In this document: in pieces, positions 20,155-28,975 of the stretch
Position numbering within the stretch: the first letter of the stretch is position 1
Layout: every line of letters begins with the position of its first letter
From: Nitrososphaerota archaeon
Lineage (GTDB): Archaea > Thermoproteota > Nitrososphaeria > Nitrososphaerales > Nitrosopumilaceae
Assembly (NCBI GenBank): GCA_016872015.1
Contig: VHBK01000001.1
Coordinates: 38,235-102,234, forward strand
Direction: 5' to 3'
Length of the DNA: 64,000 bases
The notes under the pieces: generated by a model
Database searches by the model: none
Told to the model about the DNA's origin: nothing
What the model saw: only the letters and a program-made list of their open reading frames with translations
Made by a program: the position numbers and the translations under genes

Positions 20155-20619
20155 ATGAACTTTGAGAGTACTAGTTTTGAGCGTGATTTAGGCAAAGTAA
20201 AGCAGCTTTCCGGCCTAGTCAGAAAAAAGATACTAGAGTCCAATCCAAACTATGAATCAAAAATAAACAAGCTATCAAAAGACGAGCTAGAAGACCTTGA
20301 TTCCATACTGGCGCTAGCCGAGCAGATAATACTAAAGCACCACGGCAAAAAAGAGGCATACGCATTATTGCGCGAATTCGTGGACATGATGAAAAACTGG
20401 TCTGTCTCTATAGGTGAGGTAAACGACCAAATCCAAGAGTTGCTAATATCTGCAAAATCCTCTGTATCTGAGATAGAGAGCGCAAAAAGCGATGTGTCTA
20501 ATAATTTGTCATTTGATGGGCAAAATCAAGGTACAATAAATTTAACAAAATTTGTCAACGGAGTTCACACCCAAGAATACCAAGGCAAACCTAAAGTCAC
20601 ATTCGAGCAGGTAGTATAG
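20155..20619 (+). CDS. Coiled-coil hypothetical protein in cdv locus
   Basis: Heptad-rich 154 aa, 2 nt before cdvC. Confidence 0.75.
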   Translation: MNFESTSFERDLGKVKQLSGLVRKKILESNPNYESKINKLSKDELEDLDSILALAEQIILKHHGKKEAYALLREFVDMMKNWSVSIGEVNDQIQELLISAKSSVSEIESAKSDVSNNLSFDGQNQGTINLTKFVNGVHTQEYQGKPKVTFEQVV

Positions 20620-20621
20620 AA

Positions 20622-21821
20622 ATGAGTCTGGCACCACAAGAACTAGAAAACAACGCATCAAAGTATGCATCCGATGCAATAAAGCTAGACTCGCAGGGTG
20701 CTCGCGGAATGGCAATTGCGAATTATCAAAAGGCAATTGATTCCCTAGTAAAATTAATCCAATTATATCCGGACAACAAGCTAAACAAGGTTTACACCGA
20801 GAGGTGCCGCGCATATGAGAACAGAATCAAGGCTTTACAGCTGAGCCACGGCGTAGATATAGAGCCCGCCGTGGATCCAAACGCCACTCCTGCTGAGCAA
20901 AAGGCGCAACTGGAAAAGAAAAAGGACGAAGACACATTTGATGACCTAATAATGAAGGAAAAGCCGGACGTTACCTGGAAGGAGGTAATCGGCCTTGATG
21001 ATGCCAAAAATGCATTGCGCGAATCCATTGTTTATCCTACACAAAGAGCAGACTTGTTCCCACTTGGATGGCCAAGAGGCATACTCTTGTATGGTCCGCC
21101 AGGATGTGGAAAAACAGTACTGGCTGCTGCCACCGCAAACGAAATTGACGGCTATTTCATTGTAGTTGATGCCGCATCGATGATGTCAAAGTGGCTTGGA
21201 GAGGCAGAGAAAAATGTCTCAAAGGTATTCAAATTAGCTCGAGGATATGCAGAAAAGGAAGACAAGCCAGTCATACTGTTTATCGACGAAATCGATTCAC
21301 TCCTTGGCAACCGCAACTCAGAGGTAGGAGGCGAGGTTAGAACCAAGAACCAATTCCTAACTGAAATGGATGGAATCAACGGAAAAGGCAAAGACATCAA
21401 AATGTACGTAATTGGTGCTACAAACAAACCATGGAGTCTGGATTGGCCGTTTTTGAGAAGATTCCAAAAAAGAGTCTATGTGCCATTGCCGACACTAGAG
21501 GCAAGAGAAGCATTATTTGAGCTATACACTGCACAACTAAAGAAGGATGATAAGGTAAAGCCAATGGATCTTGCAAAATTATTTGACGGCTATTCCGCAT
21601 CCGATGTCAAAGATGTGTGCCAGAGTGCACAGCTAAGAATAGTAAACGAGTTATTCACACAGCCCGGCTATCACGAGCCAATAGAGGGCGAGACTCCACC
21701 ACAGCCGCGAGATCTAACGGTAGCTGACTTTAAGGAAATAATGGCAAGACGCAAGCCAAGTGTGTCAATGGACATGATTCGCGCCTACTACAAGTGGAGC
21801 GAGCAGTTCAGAGCACTGTAG
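20622..21821 (+). CDS. cdvC: Vps4-like AAA ATPase with MIT domain (cell division)
   Basis: N-terminal MIT helices, GPPGCGKT, FIDEID, ATNKPW..D..F.RRF. Confidence 0.93.
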   Translation: MSLAPQELENNASKYASDAIKLDSQGARGMAIANYQKAIDSLVKLIQLYPDNKLNKVYTERCRAYENRIKALQLSHGVDIEPAVDPNATPAEQKAQLEKKKDEDTFDDLIMKEKPDVTWKEVIGLDDAKNALRESIVYPTQRADLFPLGWPRGILLYGPPGCGKTVLAAATANEIDGYFIVVDAASMMSKWLGEAEKNVSKVFKLARGYAEKEDKPVILFIDEIDSLLGNRNSEVGGEVRTKNQFLTEMDGINGKGKDIKMYVIGATNKPWSLDWPFLRRFQKRVYVPLPTLEAREALFELYTAQLKKDDKVKPMDLAKLFDGYSASDVKDVCQSAQLRIVNELFTQPGYHEPIEGETPPQPRDLTVADFKEIMARRKPSVSMDMIRAYYKWSEQFRAL

Positions 21822-21981
21822 CAATACTATTTTCTTGGGATCTATTCAATATTTGATAATCGATAGATTTGAGACGTGTCAAATTCATATCTTAAATAAA
21901 TTCAAAAATTAAGTAATTTTCAAATAGATTTTCAGTTTTTGCATAAAGTGTCTTAAATTTGTTGATCGTGTAGTGTATTTG

Positions 21982-22134
21982 GTGGTAAAAATAAAAGAGG
22001 ATTTTGCAGAATACACTAAATGTCCGGCATGCGAGTCTGCCTTGATAAATTGTGGATGTGCGTGTCCTTATTGCGGTAAAAGAGACAAGTGTAAATGCGA
22101 ACTAGCACCAATTCGGCGTTAAACGATTCTAATT
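21982..22134 (+). CDS. 50-aa Cys-rich protein (8 Cys), not in ORF track
   Basis: MVKIKEDFAEYTKCPACESALINCGCACPYCGKRDKCKCELAPQFGVKRF; CTTAAAT about 24 nt upstream of GTG. Confidence 0.65.
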
Positions 22135-22341
22135 GTTTGCAAAGATACTCGTGGCAGTAGATGGTTCAGAATCCGCAAACGAGACCACGCATGTGAAATA
22201 ATTGGAATTGCAAAAAGACTGGACTGTAATTTGATAATATTGGAAAGCCGAGGCATGAGTCCTTTTAAGGAATTAATGCTTGGAAGCGTCTCAAACAAGG
22301 TAGCCCATCACGCAAATTGCCCAGTTATGGTTGTAAGATGA
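22135..22341 (+). pseudogene. Universal stress protein (UspA) remnant with internal deletion and frameshift
   Basis: N-terminus MFAKILVAVDGSES then stop; another frame gives the C-terminus ..IILESRGMSPFKELMLGSVSNKVAHHANCPVMVVR. Confidence 0.85.
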
Positions 22342-22347
22342 CACACA

Positions 22348-22596
22348 TCATTTGATTGTGTTCTGAAAAGCCCATTCTGTCATGTCTCTTCTGTCGTGCC
22401 CCCAACGCACATGTCTTTCAAAATATAGCTTATTGGCAAACGGCTCAGAATTTGTACACAACACGCATCTAGGATATTGCTCAACTAGGTACTTTATCAT
22501 ATTCTCTCGGTGTTTTGAGAGGTGAATGAGCCATTGTTTTTTGTCAGCACTAATTGGCCTAGAATTTATGCAAAATACACAAGAACCCGTTCTCAT
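22348..22596 (-). CDS. Tandem C2H2-like zinc-finger protein
   Basis: CVFC...HLSKH and CVLC...HVRWGH. Confidence 0.7.
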   Translation of the reverse strand: MRTGSCVFCINSRPISADKKQWLIHLSKHRENMIKYLVEQYPRCVLCTNSEPFANKLYFERHVRWGHDRRDMTEWAFQNTIK

Positions 22597-22602
22597 CTGT
22601 TT

Positions 22603-22851
22603 TCAACTTATTTCGATGTTTTCTCTTAGGTACTCCTCTCTTGATAGCAAAAATCTTAGCTGCATCAGCTCCGAGCGAGTTTTTTCTGAATAGGTGCAGG
22701 ATATCATTGAGCTTAGTTTTCTTATGATTAAAGCAATCTCGTCTGTGGTTAATTTGGGCAAAATAATTTCAATGTCTTGACTCTTTGCCAGTTTTGTTAT
22801 CTCTTTTCCACTCAGAAAGTCAAATTCAAGCATCATGTGTGTTATGCGCAT
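22603..22851 (-). CDS. Hypothetical helical protein
   Basis: 82 aa ORF, apparently co-transcribed with the zinc-finger gene. Confidence 0.55.
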   Translation of the reverse strand: MRITHMMLEFDFLSGKEITKLAKSQDIEIILPKLTTDEIALIIRKLSSMISCTYSEKTRSELMQLRFLLSREEYLRENIEIS

Positions 22852-22964
22852 TAATCATATATTAAGTGGATTTATGAATTATTTCATTTTCATGAAATTA
22901 TTTTGGTAATTATTAAACAAGTTGTAAATATAAAAATTGTTTTGCTTAAATATGTTTACTACGT

Positions 22965-23270
22965 ATGAAGTATATGGGATTCACTGAAATCGAGATTTGG
23001 GTTGGCCTTTATGTCATGCTATCGGCAATATCATTTGTGATTTTAACTTCAAACAAAAGTCAATCTAGGATAAGTGATGAGGATGTATTACAAATTGTTA
23101 AAGAAACACTGGAGATTGACGAGCTACGAAATTATGAGGTCATATCAATAGTGAGAATACAAGAGACTAATACGACTACGGTATTAGTGGAATCAAGCAT
23201 AACCGAGTTTGCCATCGAAATTGATGATCTTACATGCAAGGTAATCAGCAAAGAAAAGCTCATTTTATGA
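22965..23270 (+). CDS. Membrane-anchored hypothetical protein (PepSY-like C-terminus)
   Basis: N-terminal TM; ...EFAIEIDDLTCKVISKE. Confidence 0.6.
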   Translation: MKYMGFTEIEIWVGLYVMLSAISFVILTSNKSQSRISDEDVLQIVKETLEIDELRNYEVISIVRIQETNTTTVLVESSITEFAIEIDDLTCKVISKEKLIL

Positions 23271-23629
23271 TTTCAGACTATGAGAACTTGTGTGAGACAA
23301 TTTTTGAGATTGACCCCAAGATAAGGTATGTTGCAATATATCACAAAAGCGGGCATAAATTATGTGGTGGGATACGTGCTGATCTAGATCCATTGCTGCC
23401 GTCCGAAGAGATTACCAAATCTGCCATGCATTCCATTATGAGATGGGAGACTCGTGGTGCACTTGCAACGTTCATCGGACAGGGAAAATATTCGCTGGCA
23501 GAATATGAAAAGATAAAGCGTATGACTTTTCCATTAAACCAGGCAGAATTACTCTTGGTTTCTACTGAAATAGACGTAAACCACGATCTGATTATATCAA
23601 AAATTCTTGATGTGCTTCAGAAAATTTAA
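23267..23629 (+). CDS. Thaumarchaeal roadblock/profilin-like protein (DUF6659-like)
   Basis: IDPKIRYVAI...G..R...LL...IGQGKYSLAEYEK..RMTFP; start reset to ATG 23267. Confidence 0.75.
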   Translation: MISDYENLCETIFEIDPKIRYVAIYHKSGHKLCGGIRADLDPLLPSEEITKSAMHSIMRWETRGALATFIGQGKYSLAEYEKIKRMTFPLNQAELLLVSTEIDVNHDLIISKILDVLQKI

Positions 23630-24537
23630 TTGCGCAAAATTCTTTTCTTTAATTCATTACTCCTGGTTCGAATTGTCACGGTAGTGGTTTTTACTATTTG
23701 GATTAGCTCAGTTTGTGAATAATACTCACCCAACTCAATTCCTGCGACATAAACTATGGCCGCGGCTAGTCCCATGGGGTCTTTTCCAGCAGTTATTTTG
23801 GCTTGTTCTGCCTTTTGCAGTATGGATATGGCCAGACGCTTGACTTTTTCAGACGCGCCAAGGGTGTTTGCGATTCGCGTGACGCAATTGGACAAATTCA
23901 CAACAGGCAACGTCAATTCTAGCTCATGCACAAGCAATCTATAGCAGGCGCTGACATCCGTTTTCTTTACATTTAGGGAAGTTGCTATATCGTGAAGAGT
24001 TCTGGGAGTCTCACTTTCTCTGCACGCTGCATACAAACAAGATGCACCTATCAACAATACGTTTCGCCCTCGAGTCAGTTTTTTGTCCTTGGCTTTTCTA
24101 AATAGGTATGCAGCTTTTTCTATGGTTGCATCTGTGATAGCAAGCTTGTGTCTCAGCTTTTCAAACTCATAAAATATTCTGCAAAAGCTCCTATCGGAAG
24201 AGGTATGTGTTTTACTTCTGGAATCAAACATCCTTAAGCGATACATTGCACCTTTTGTAACAAATGACAGTGGTTTGCCAGAAAAATCCCAGTTTTCGTT
24301 TCCAATATTAGTAAACAATCGCATGTTGCCAAACGCAAGTACTGTGGGTTGGCCTACTCTACTATTATCAGATTCACCGTTAAAAGATCGCCACTCCCTG
24401 TCTGTGGACTCTAGTCTTTCGACCATCACCAATCCACAATCACTGCAAACTACCTCACCACTATCAAAATCCGTTATGGGCGAACAAGAAGCACAGTTAG
24501 GGTGACGCGTCTTTTTTCCAATTACACTGTAGACCAT
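23626..24537 (-). CDS. tfb: Transcription initiation factor IIB paralogue (divergent)
   Basis: Zn ribbon CxxC..GEVVCSDCG, two cyclin repeats, GKDPMGLAAA, TIRTR. Confidence 0.93.
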   Translation of the reverse strand: MVYSVIGKKTRHPNCASCSPITDFDSGEVVCSDCGLVMVERLESTDREWRSFNGESDNSRVGQPTVLAFGNMRLFTNIGNENWDFSGKPLSFVTKGAMYRLRMFDSRSKTHTSSDRSFCRIFYEFEKLRHKLAITDATIEKAAYLFRKAKDKKLTRGRNVLLIGASCLYAACRESETPRTLHDIATSLNVKKTDVSACYRLLVHELELTLPVVNLSNCVTRIANTLGASEKVKRLAISILQKAEQAKITAGKDPMGLAAAIVYVAGIELGEYYSQTELIQIVKTTTVTIRTRSNELKKRILRN

Positions 24538-24753
24538 ATCGTAATTAGATGTTCGGGCAGCAATCTATTCGCCAACTGATGACTCTTGCATCAGCCACTA
24601 GCTGTCTAGTGTTTCTGTAGTTGCTACCCAAGCCATATACGTGACACAGAAATAAAAAGTTGAAATTTGACCACTAAACGAATTTTCATTTTTTGTATCT
24701 AAATATATACAACAATAAAGAGATGATGAATCATCCTAAAATTTTAGGATGCA

Positions 24754-25155
24754 GTGATACAGTCAATATTGAATTCGCAGATGGAAGAATCCGATGAATA
24801 TTGGGGTTTAAATCAAAAATGCAATTTGGCATTACAAGAAGCCGACGTAAGATTTGCAGGAATAATAAACAGAATGGGCAAGATCGTTGCTGGCGGCTTT
24901 AAAAAAGGAGTAAAGCCTCTGGTTGATGATGCAGAACTGCAAAAGCTGTACTTGGAGCTTGCACTACGAGTCTCAATGAGGCAAGAATTCGATTACTGCC
25001 TAGGGCCTGTAAAGTATTCTGCGTCATATAGAGAGAATGCAATAGTGATGAGCTTTCCTCTGGATTCTAACATATTGCTGGTTTCAGTAGAGCCTCATGT
25101 ACAAATTGATGCAATGGCAAACAAAATCATGAGGATAATTGGATTGCGCTTATGA
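24754..25155 (+). CDS. DUF6659-like roadblock/profilin-like protein
   Basis: VRFAGIINRMGKIVAGG...EFDYCLGPVKYSASYRE. Confidence 0.78.
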   Translation: MIQSILNSQMEESDEYWGLNQKCNLALQEADVRFAGIINRMGKIVAGGFKKGVKPLVDDAELQKLYLELALRVSMRQEFDYCLGPVKYSASYRENAIVMSFPLDSNILLVSVEPHVQIDAMANKIMRIIGLRL

Positions 25156-25195
25156 ATCATTAAACCCTTATTAGCTAAACTCACGTAATTTTATC

Positions 25196-25441
25196 ATGGA
25201 AATATCCTATGTGCTCATACAGTGTGATATGGGCCGTGAGACAGAAATCATTAAAAAATTGACGGACATTCCACAAGTAAAGGAAGTCCGGGGGACATAT
25301 GGCGTCTTTGATATCTTTGTCAAAATAACCGCAGATTCAAGAGAAGAAATTGACGACATTATGACAAACAAAATTCGCAAACTGCCAAACATCCGTGGTA
25401 CAAATACTCTGATTGCAATACTAACTCAGGGCGGCAAATAA
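25196..25441 (+). CDS. Stand-alone Lrp/AsnC ligand-binding domain protein
   Basis: SYVLIQC...GTYGVFDIFVKI...IRKLPNIRGTNTL. Confidence 0.87.
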   Translation: MEISYVLIQCDMGRETEIIKKLTDIPQVKEVRGTYGVFDIFVKITADSREEIDDIMTNKIRKLPNIRGTNTLIAILTQGGK

Positions 25442-25530
25442 TATCTGGAGATCAAATATTACTAAATTCGTTCTCTACAATTTCGAGTAGCATAAACAGT
25501 AAGGCCCATCAATCCTGACTACAAGCGTTT

Positions 25531-25638
25531 TTACTTGTACAGGGCTAGGGTAAAGCCTACTAGGAAGCCAATGACTGCTCCACACATCACAAGCATGGCT
25601 ACCTTGTCTAGTTTCCTTTGCCTGACTTGGAAGCTCAT
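25531..25638 (-). CDS. 35-aa single-TM microprotein, not in ORF track
   Basis: MSFQVRQRKLDKVAMLVMCGAVIGFLVGFTLALYK; CTTATAT about 23 nt upstream. Confidence 0.55.
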   Translation of the reverse strand: MSFQVRQRKLDKVAMLVMCGAVIGFLVGFTLALYK

Positions 25639-25787
25639 AACACATGTTGGCAGTTTCAAAATATAAGGTTCGTTTCTGAATCTCTGTAAAGTTGTAATAT
25701 TTTTCTTGATATATTAAAACAAATGTTCATGAAACTGTCGTATTGCTGAATGGTTAGATTTTGATCAAATGGACAGCAAACAACGCT

Positions 25788-25976
25788 TTAGCCTTTTATT
25801 TTTAGCTCAGATTGCATAAAATCCTTATTGTTTGTTTTGCCTTGCTCAAAAATATCTACACTCTCTAGTGTTTTATCAGTTGCTGATTTTTCAAAACTTT
25901 CCCCTACCACAAAACCAAATATTCCGAAACCACCAACAACAAGAATTCCAAGTAAAACATAACCAGATATTTTCAT
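25788..25976 (-). CDS. Small membrane-anchored protein
   Basis: 62 aa, N-terminal Gly-rich TM. Confidence 0.55.
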   Translation of the reverse strand: MKISGYVLLGILVVGGFGIFGFVVGESFEKSATDKTLESVDIFEQGKTNNKDFMQSELKIKG

Positions 25977-26044
25977 AAGACGATTAGAAAAGCAAACACG
26001 ATATTATAATGATTGTGTCCTGATGTCCGATAGTGCCGTGGTAT

Positions 26045-26251
26045 CTAGTTTGAGCCTAACTGGACATTTTCACATCTTGGACATTTTAGACCATTTGTTC
26101 TGTAGCCGCATTTTTTACAATAAAGACTGATTCTGAGTGGAGCCCTTGACGATGATGTAATTGTTTTTTTGAGTAAAACAATCGCTAGTAGTATTCCGAA
26201 TCCTATTCCAATCCAAACAATGACCACAATTACTGTTACGTCATCATGCAT
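26045..26251 (-). CDS. Small TM protein with C-terminal zinc ribbon
   Basis: TM then CKKC...CPRC; start reset to ATG 26251. Confidence 0.6.
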   Translation of the reverse strand: MHDDVTVIVVIVWIGIGFGILLAIVLLKKTITSSSRAPLRISLYCKKCGYRTNGLKCPRCENVQLGSN

Positions 26252-26273
26252 AAAAAATGGATGTCTTGATAAA

Positions 26274-26894
26274 CTATGGCTCAAGCTTTATTGTGATCTC
26301 TTCACCATTGTCAATTGGCACGGTTACGGAAATGACTTTTCGGTTACTCCTGACGTGTTTTAAATACGCCCTCATCAAATTATTAAATTTTTTCGGATAC
26401 GTGATATTGTCGGCACAGATCAATCCTCCTACTTTGAGTAATGGCAGACTGGCGTCAAAATACTGGATATAGCGCTCTTTGTCTGCGTCAATAAATATAA
26501 AGTCAAATTTTGTTTTTTTAGGCTCGTGAGAAATCCATTCTAAAACATCCAGGGCGTCACCAAATCTTGTTTCTATTTTATCGGCAATACCAGACTCTTC
26601 AAAATTTCTTTTTGCAATCTGAATTTTTTCTGGATTGTTTTCTATGGTGATTATCTTTGATTTGGGGATTTTTTGCAGTGCTTCTGCAAACCAAATTGTG
26701 GAATATCCTGCTGATGTACCTATTTCAAGAACTGTTTTTGCTTTTGTTGCTTTTAACAGAACATTGTAAAATCTGCCGATTTTTGATGTGATGGTGTGTA
26801 TTTTTTGTAAATTCGAAATCGAGTCGCCTTTTCTCAGCTCGGCTCTTTCTTGTTTTTCAAGTCTTGCAAGAACTTTGCTGATTTTTCTATCCAT
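26274..26894 (-). CDS. SAM-dependent O-methyltransferase (COMT/CCoAOMT-like)
   Basis: VLEIGTSAGYS, FDFIFIDADK, GGLICADN. Confidence 0.92.
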   Translation of the reverse strand: MDRKISKVLARLEKQERAELRKGDSISNLQKIHTITSKIGRFYNVLLKATKAKTVLEIGTSAGYSTIWFAEALQKIPKSKIITIENNPEKIQIAKRNFEESGIADKIETRFGDALDVLEWISHEPKKTKFDFIFIDADKERYIQYFDASLPLLKVGGLICADNITYPKKFNNLMRAYLKHVRSNRKVISVTVPIDNGEEITIKLEP

Positions 26895-26908
26895 ATTTTA
26901 CCATGTGG

Positions 26909-27310
26909 CTAGGCACTAAAAGATCTGTATTTGTTAGACTTGATTATGCATACAAAGATCCCGCTTCCAGATGTGGCTCTGGCCTTGTGCTTTGTCCACT
27001 TTGGGATGAATATTGTTGATGGTGATGATACTTTGTAGCATTTATCTCCAAGCTGAACCTCGTAGATCAGCTTATCGTTTTCAGATAGAATCAGATTAAT
27101 CTCATCCACGTCGTGTTTGTGCAGTCTGCTGTATTCTGGTATTTTTTTCTTTGACGCATCGACAAAATGAACCGCAATGTGCATCTTCGAGTCTGGAATT
27201 AAGGATCTGCTCAACATGGACAAACGTCTGATTGGGGCTTTTTGATGAAAAGGAATCTTGTAAAGCGGCTCGCTAACTCCCCTTACTATCAGCTTACGAT
27301 GATTTCTCAC
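26909..27310 (-). CDS. Cupin-fold protein
   Basis: LHKHDVDE...IFIP....H metal-binding motifs. Confidence 0.8.
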   Translation of the reverse strand: MRNHRKLIVRGVSEPLYKIPFHQKAPIRRLSMLSRSLIPDSKMHIAVHFVDASKKKIPEYSRLHKHDVDEINLILSENDKLIYEVQLGDKCYKVSSPSTIFIPKWTKHKARATSGSGIFVCIIKSNKYRSFSA

Positions 27311-27398
27311 TAATCATATTGTGATTTTTTAATATTAAATCCGAATGAATTTTCTATATAAATAAACGATATATGCGATAATCTGGTAGTACTTACCT

Positions 27399-28088
27399 GT
27401 GCAACAAGATAGAACTACAGAATGGTTTGTTCCAAAGTTTGGCCCGAGAAATTTCAGAATTGGCGTAGGAATTCTGTTTCTTCCATACACTTCAATAGTT
27501 ACTTGCTTTGCTGCATGGGGGTCGCTTTCTGGACAATTTGAAACTGGGAGATTTGTGGCAATCTGTGTTATCTATTTTCTATCCGTTGGGGTCTCTGCAC
27601 ACTGTCTTGATGCAGTAGGAGGAAAAACAAAGCCATGGGGAAACCTTCCAAAAAAACTCCTTTGGATAATCGCAATGTCTGCACTGGGTATTGCTCTTAC
27701 AATTGGATTGTACTATGCATTTTTGGATTCGCCGTTACTGTTCCCGATAGGAATCGCTGAAGGGTTTTTCTTGTTTGCATACAATTTAGAATGGTTCGGA
27801 GGAAAATTCCATAATAAATCCTCAACCATACTGTCGTGGGGGATACTCCCAGTATTTGCTGGTGCTGCAATACAAACCAACACCATTAATTCCGAATCTG
27901 TGTTGCTGTCTTTCATTTCTGCAATTATCACTTATGCGTTGATAACCACTTCACGAAAATACAAAGAATGTAAACAAAACGATGCAGAACTCCGTATAAT
28001 ACGCAATAAGGAGTTGATCTTAAAATCAATAACATATGGAGTGATTGCCTCAACTGTAGTCTTTTTCGTTCTTAGGTATTTCTTCTAA
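27399..28088 (+). CDS. Polytopic membrane protein, UbiA-prenyltransferase-like
   Basis: About 7 TM segments; SAHCLD at the position of the first UbiA Asp-rich motif. Confidence 0.5.
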   Translation: MQQDRTTEWFVPKFGPRNFRIGVGILFLPYTSIVTCFAAWGSLSGQFETGRFVAICVIYFLSVGVSAHCLDAVGGKTKPWGNLPKKLLWIIAMSALGIALTIGLYYAFLDSPLLFPIGIAEGFFLFAYNLEWFGGKFHNKSSTILSWGILPVFAGAAIQTNTINSESVLLSFISAIITYALITTSRKYKECKQNDAELRIIRNKELILKSITYGVIASTVVFFVLRYFF

Positions 28089-28752
28089 CTCCAATCAGAA
28101 TGGCTACACAATTACCTGTATGACGGTGTATTTTGACGTCTAGTCCGCATAATTTCATTTCCCTTTCGTATTTTTCGAGCCAAGCACTTAATCTTATTAG
28201 TTTTGGTAGCTTAGAGAACGCATCCTTCCATTCGGGAATAAAATTCCCAATGCCGTTCAATATTACAAAATAAAGATTCCACAATGTTTGTATGGTTTTA
28301 TTTCTTGGATAGACAAAATCATGAATGATTATTTTCCCGTTTGGGTTTAACATGTCTAAAGAATTTTTTACAAGAATTTGCGGATCACAATACTTTGCAA
28401 TATATGATGACACTATACAATCGAATTTCGAATTGAATGCGAGTTTTTCTGCGTCTTGATACAAAAATTCAATGTTTTTGTATGATGACGAATTTTTCTT
28501 TGCGATTTTAAGATAGCTCAAAGTTATATCAATTCCAACTATTTTTGCCATCGGAAATTTCTGTGCAATTTTTCTAGTCAAAATACCAGTGCCGCAACCA
28601 AGATCTAAGAAGAGACCCCCATCCGAGATTTCGTCTATGATTTTTCTCTTCCAAAAACTATCTCTTCCAAAAGTAGTCCATGCAACTATTTTATCATACG
28701 TGCTGGATGTGTTGTTAAAAAATTGATATGCAAGATTTTGTTGAGTCATCAA
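28072..28752 (-). CDS. UbiE/MenG-like class I SAM methyltransferase
   Basis: YD......FGRDSFWK, LDLGCGTG, GIDI, DAE, GKIIIHDF. Confidence 0.88.
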   Translation of the reverse strand: MMTQQNLAYQFFNNTSSTYDKIVAWTTFGRDSFWKRKIIDEISDGGLFLDLGCGTGILTRKIAQKFPMAKIVGIDITLSYLKIAKKNSSSYKNIEFLYQDAEKLAFNSKFDCIVSSYIAKYCDPQILVKNSLDMLNPNGKIIIHDFVYPRNKTIQTLWNLYFVILNGIGNFIPEWKDAFSKLPKLIRLSAWLEKYEREMKLCGLDVKIHRHTGNCVAILIGVRRNT

Positions 28753-28975
28753 TCTCCATTCTAATGAATATAGGCTGCAATAATTATTATCATTTCAGCT
28801 AATCCTGAAAATTATGCAAGAAAAAATCACGCACTGATAAAACCAAGGTAGAACAAACTGTACAACCCAATAATAACAAAATCAATCATTTTTCCTTATT
28901 CACAATCCAGATTTTAGATGCGATCAGACTCATAAAACTTAAATCATCTCTAAAATCCAAACACGGAGGGTCACA

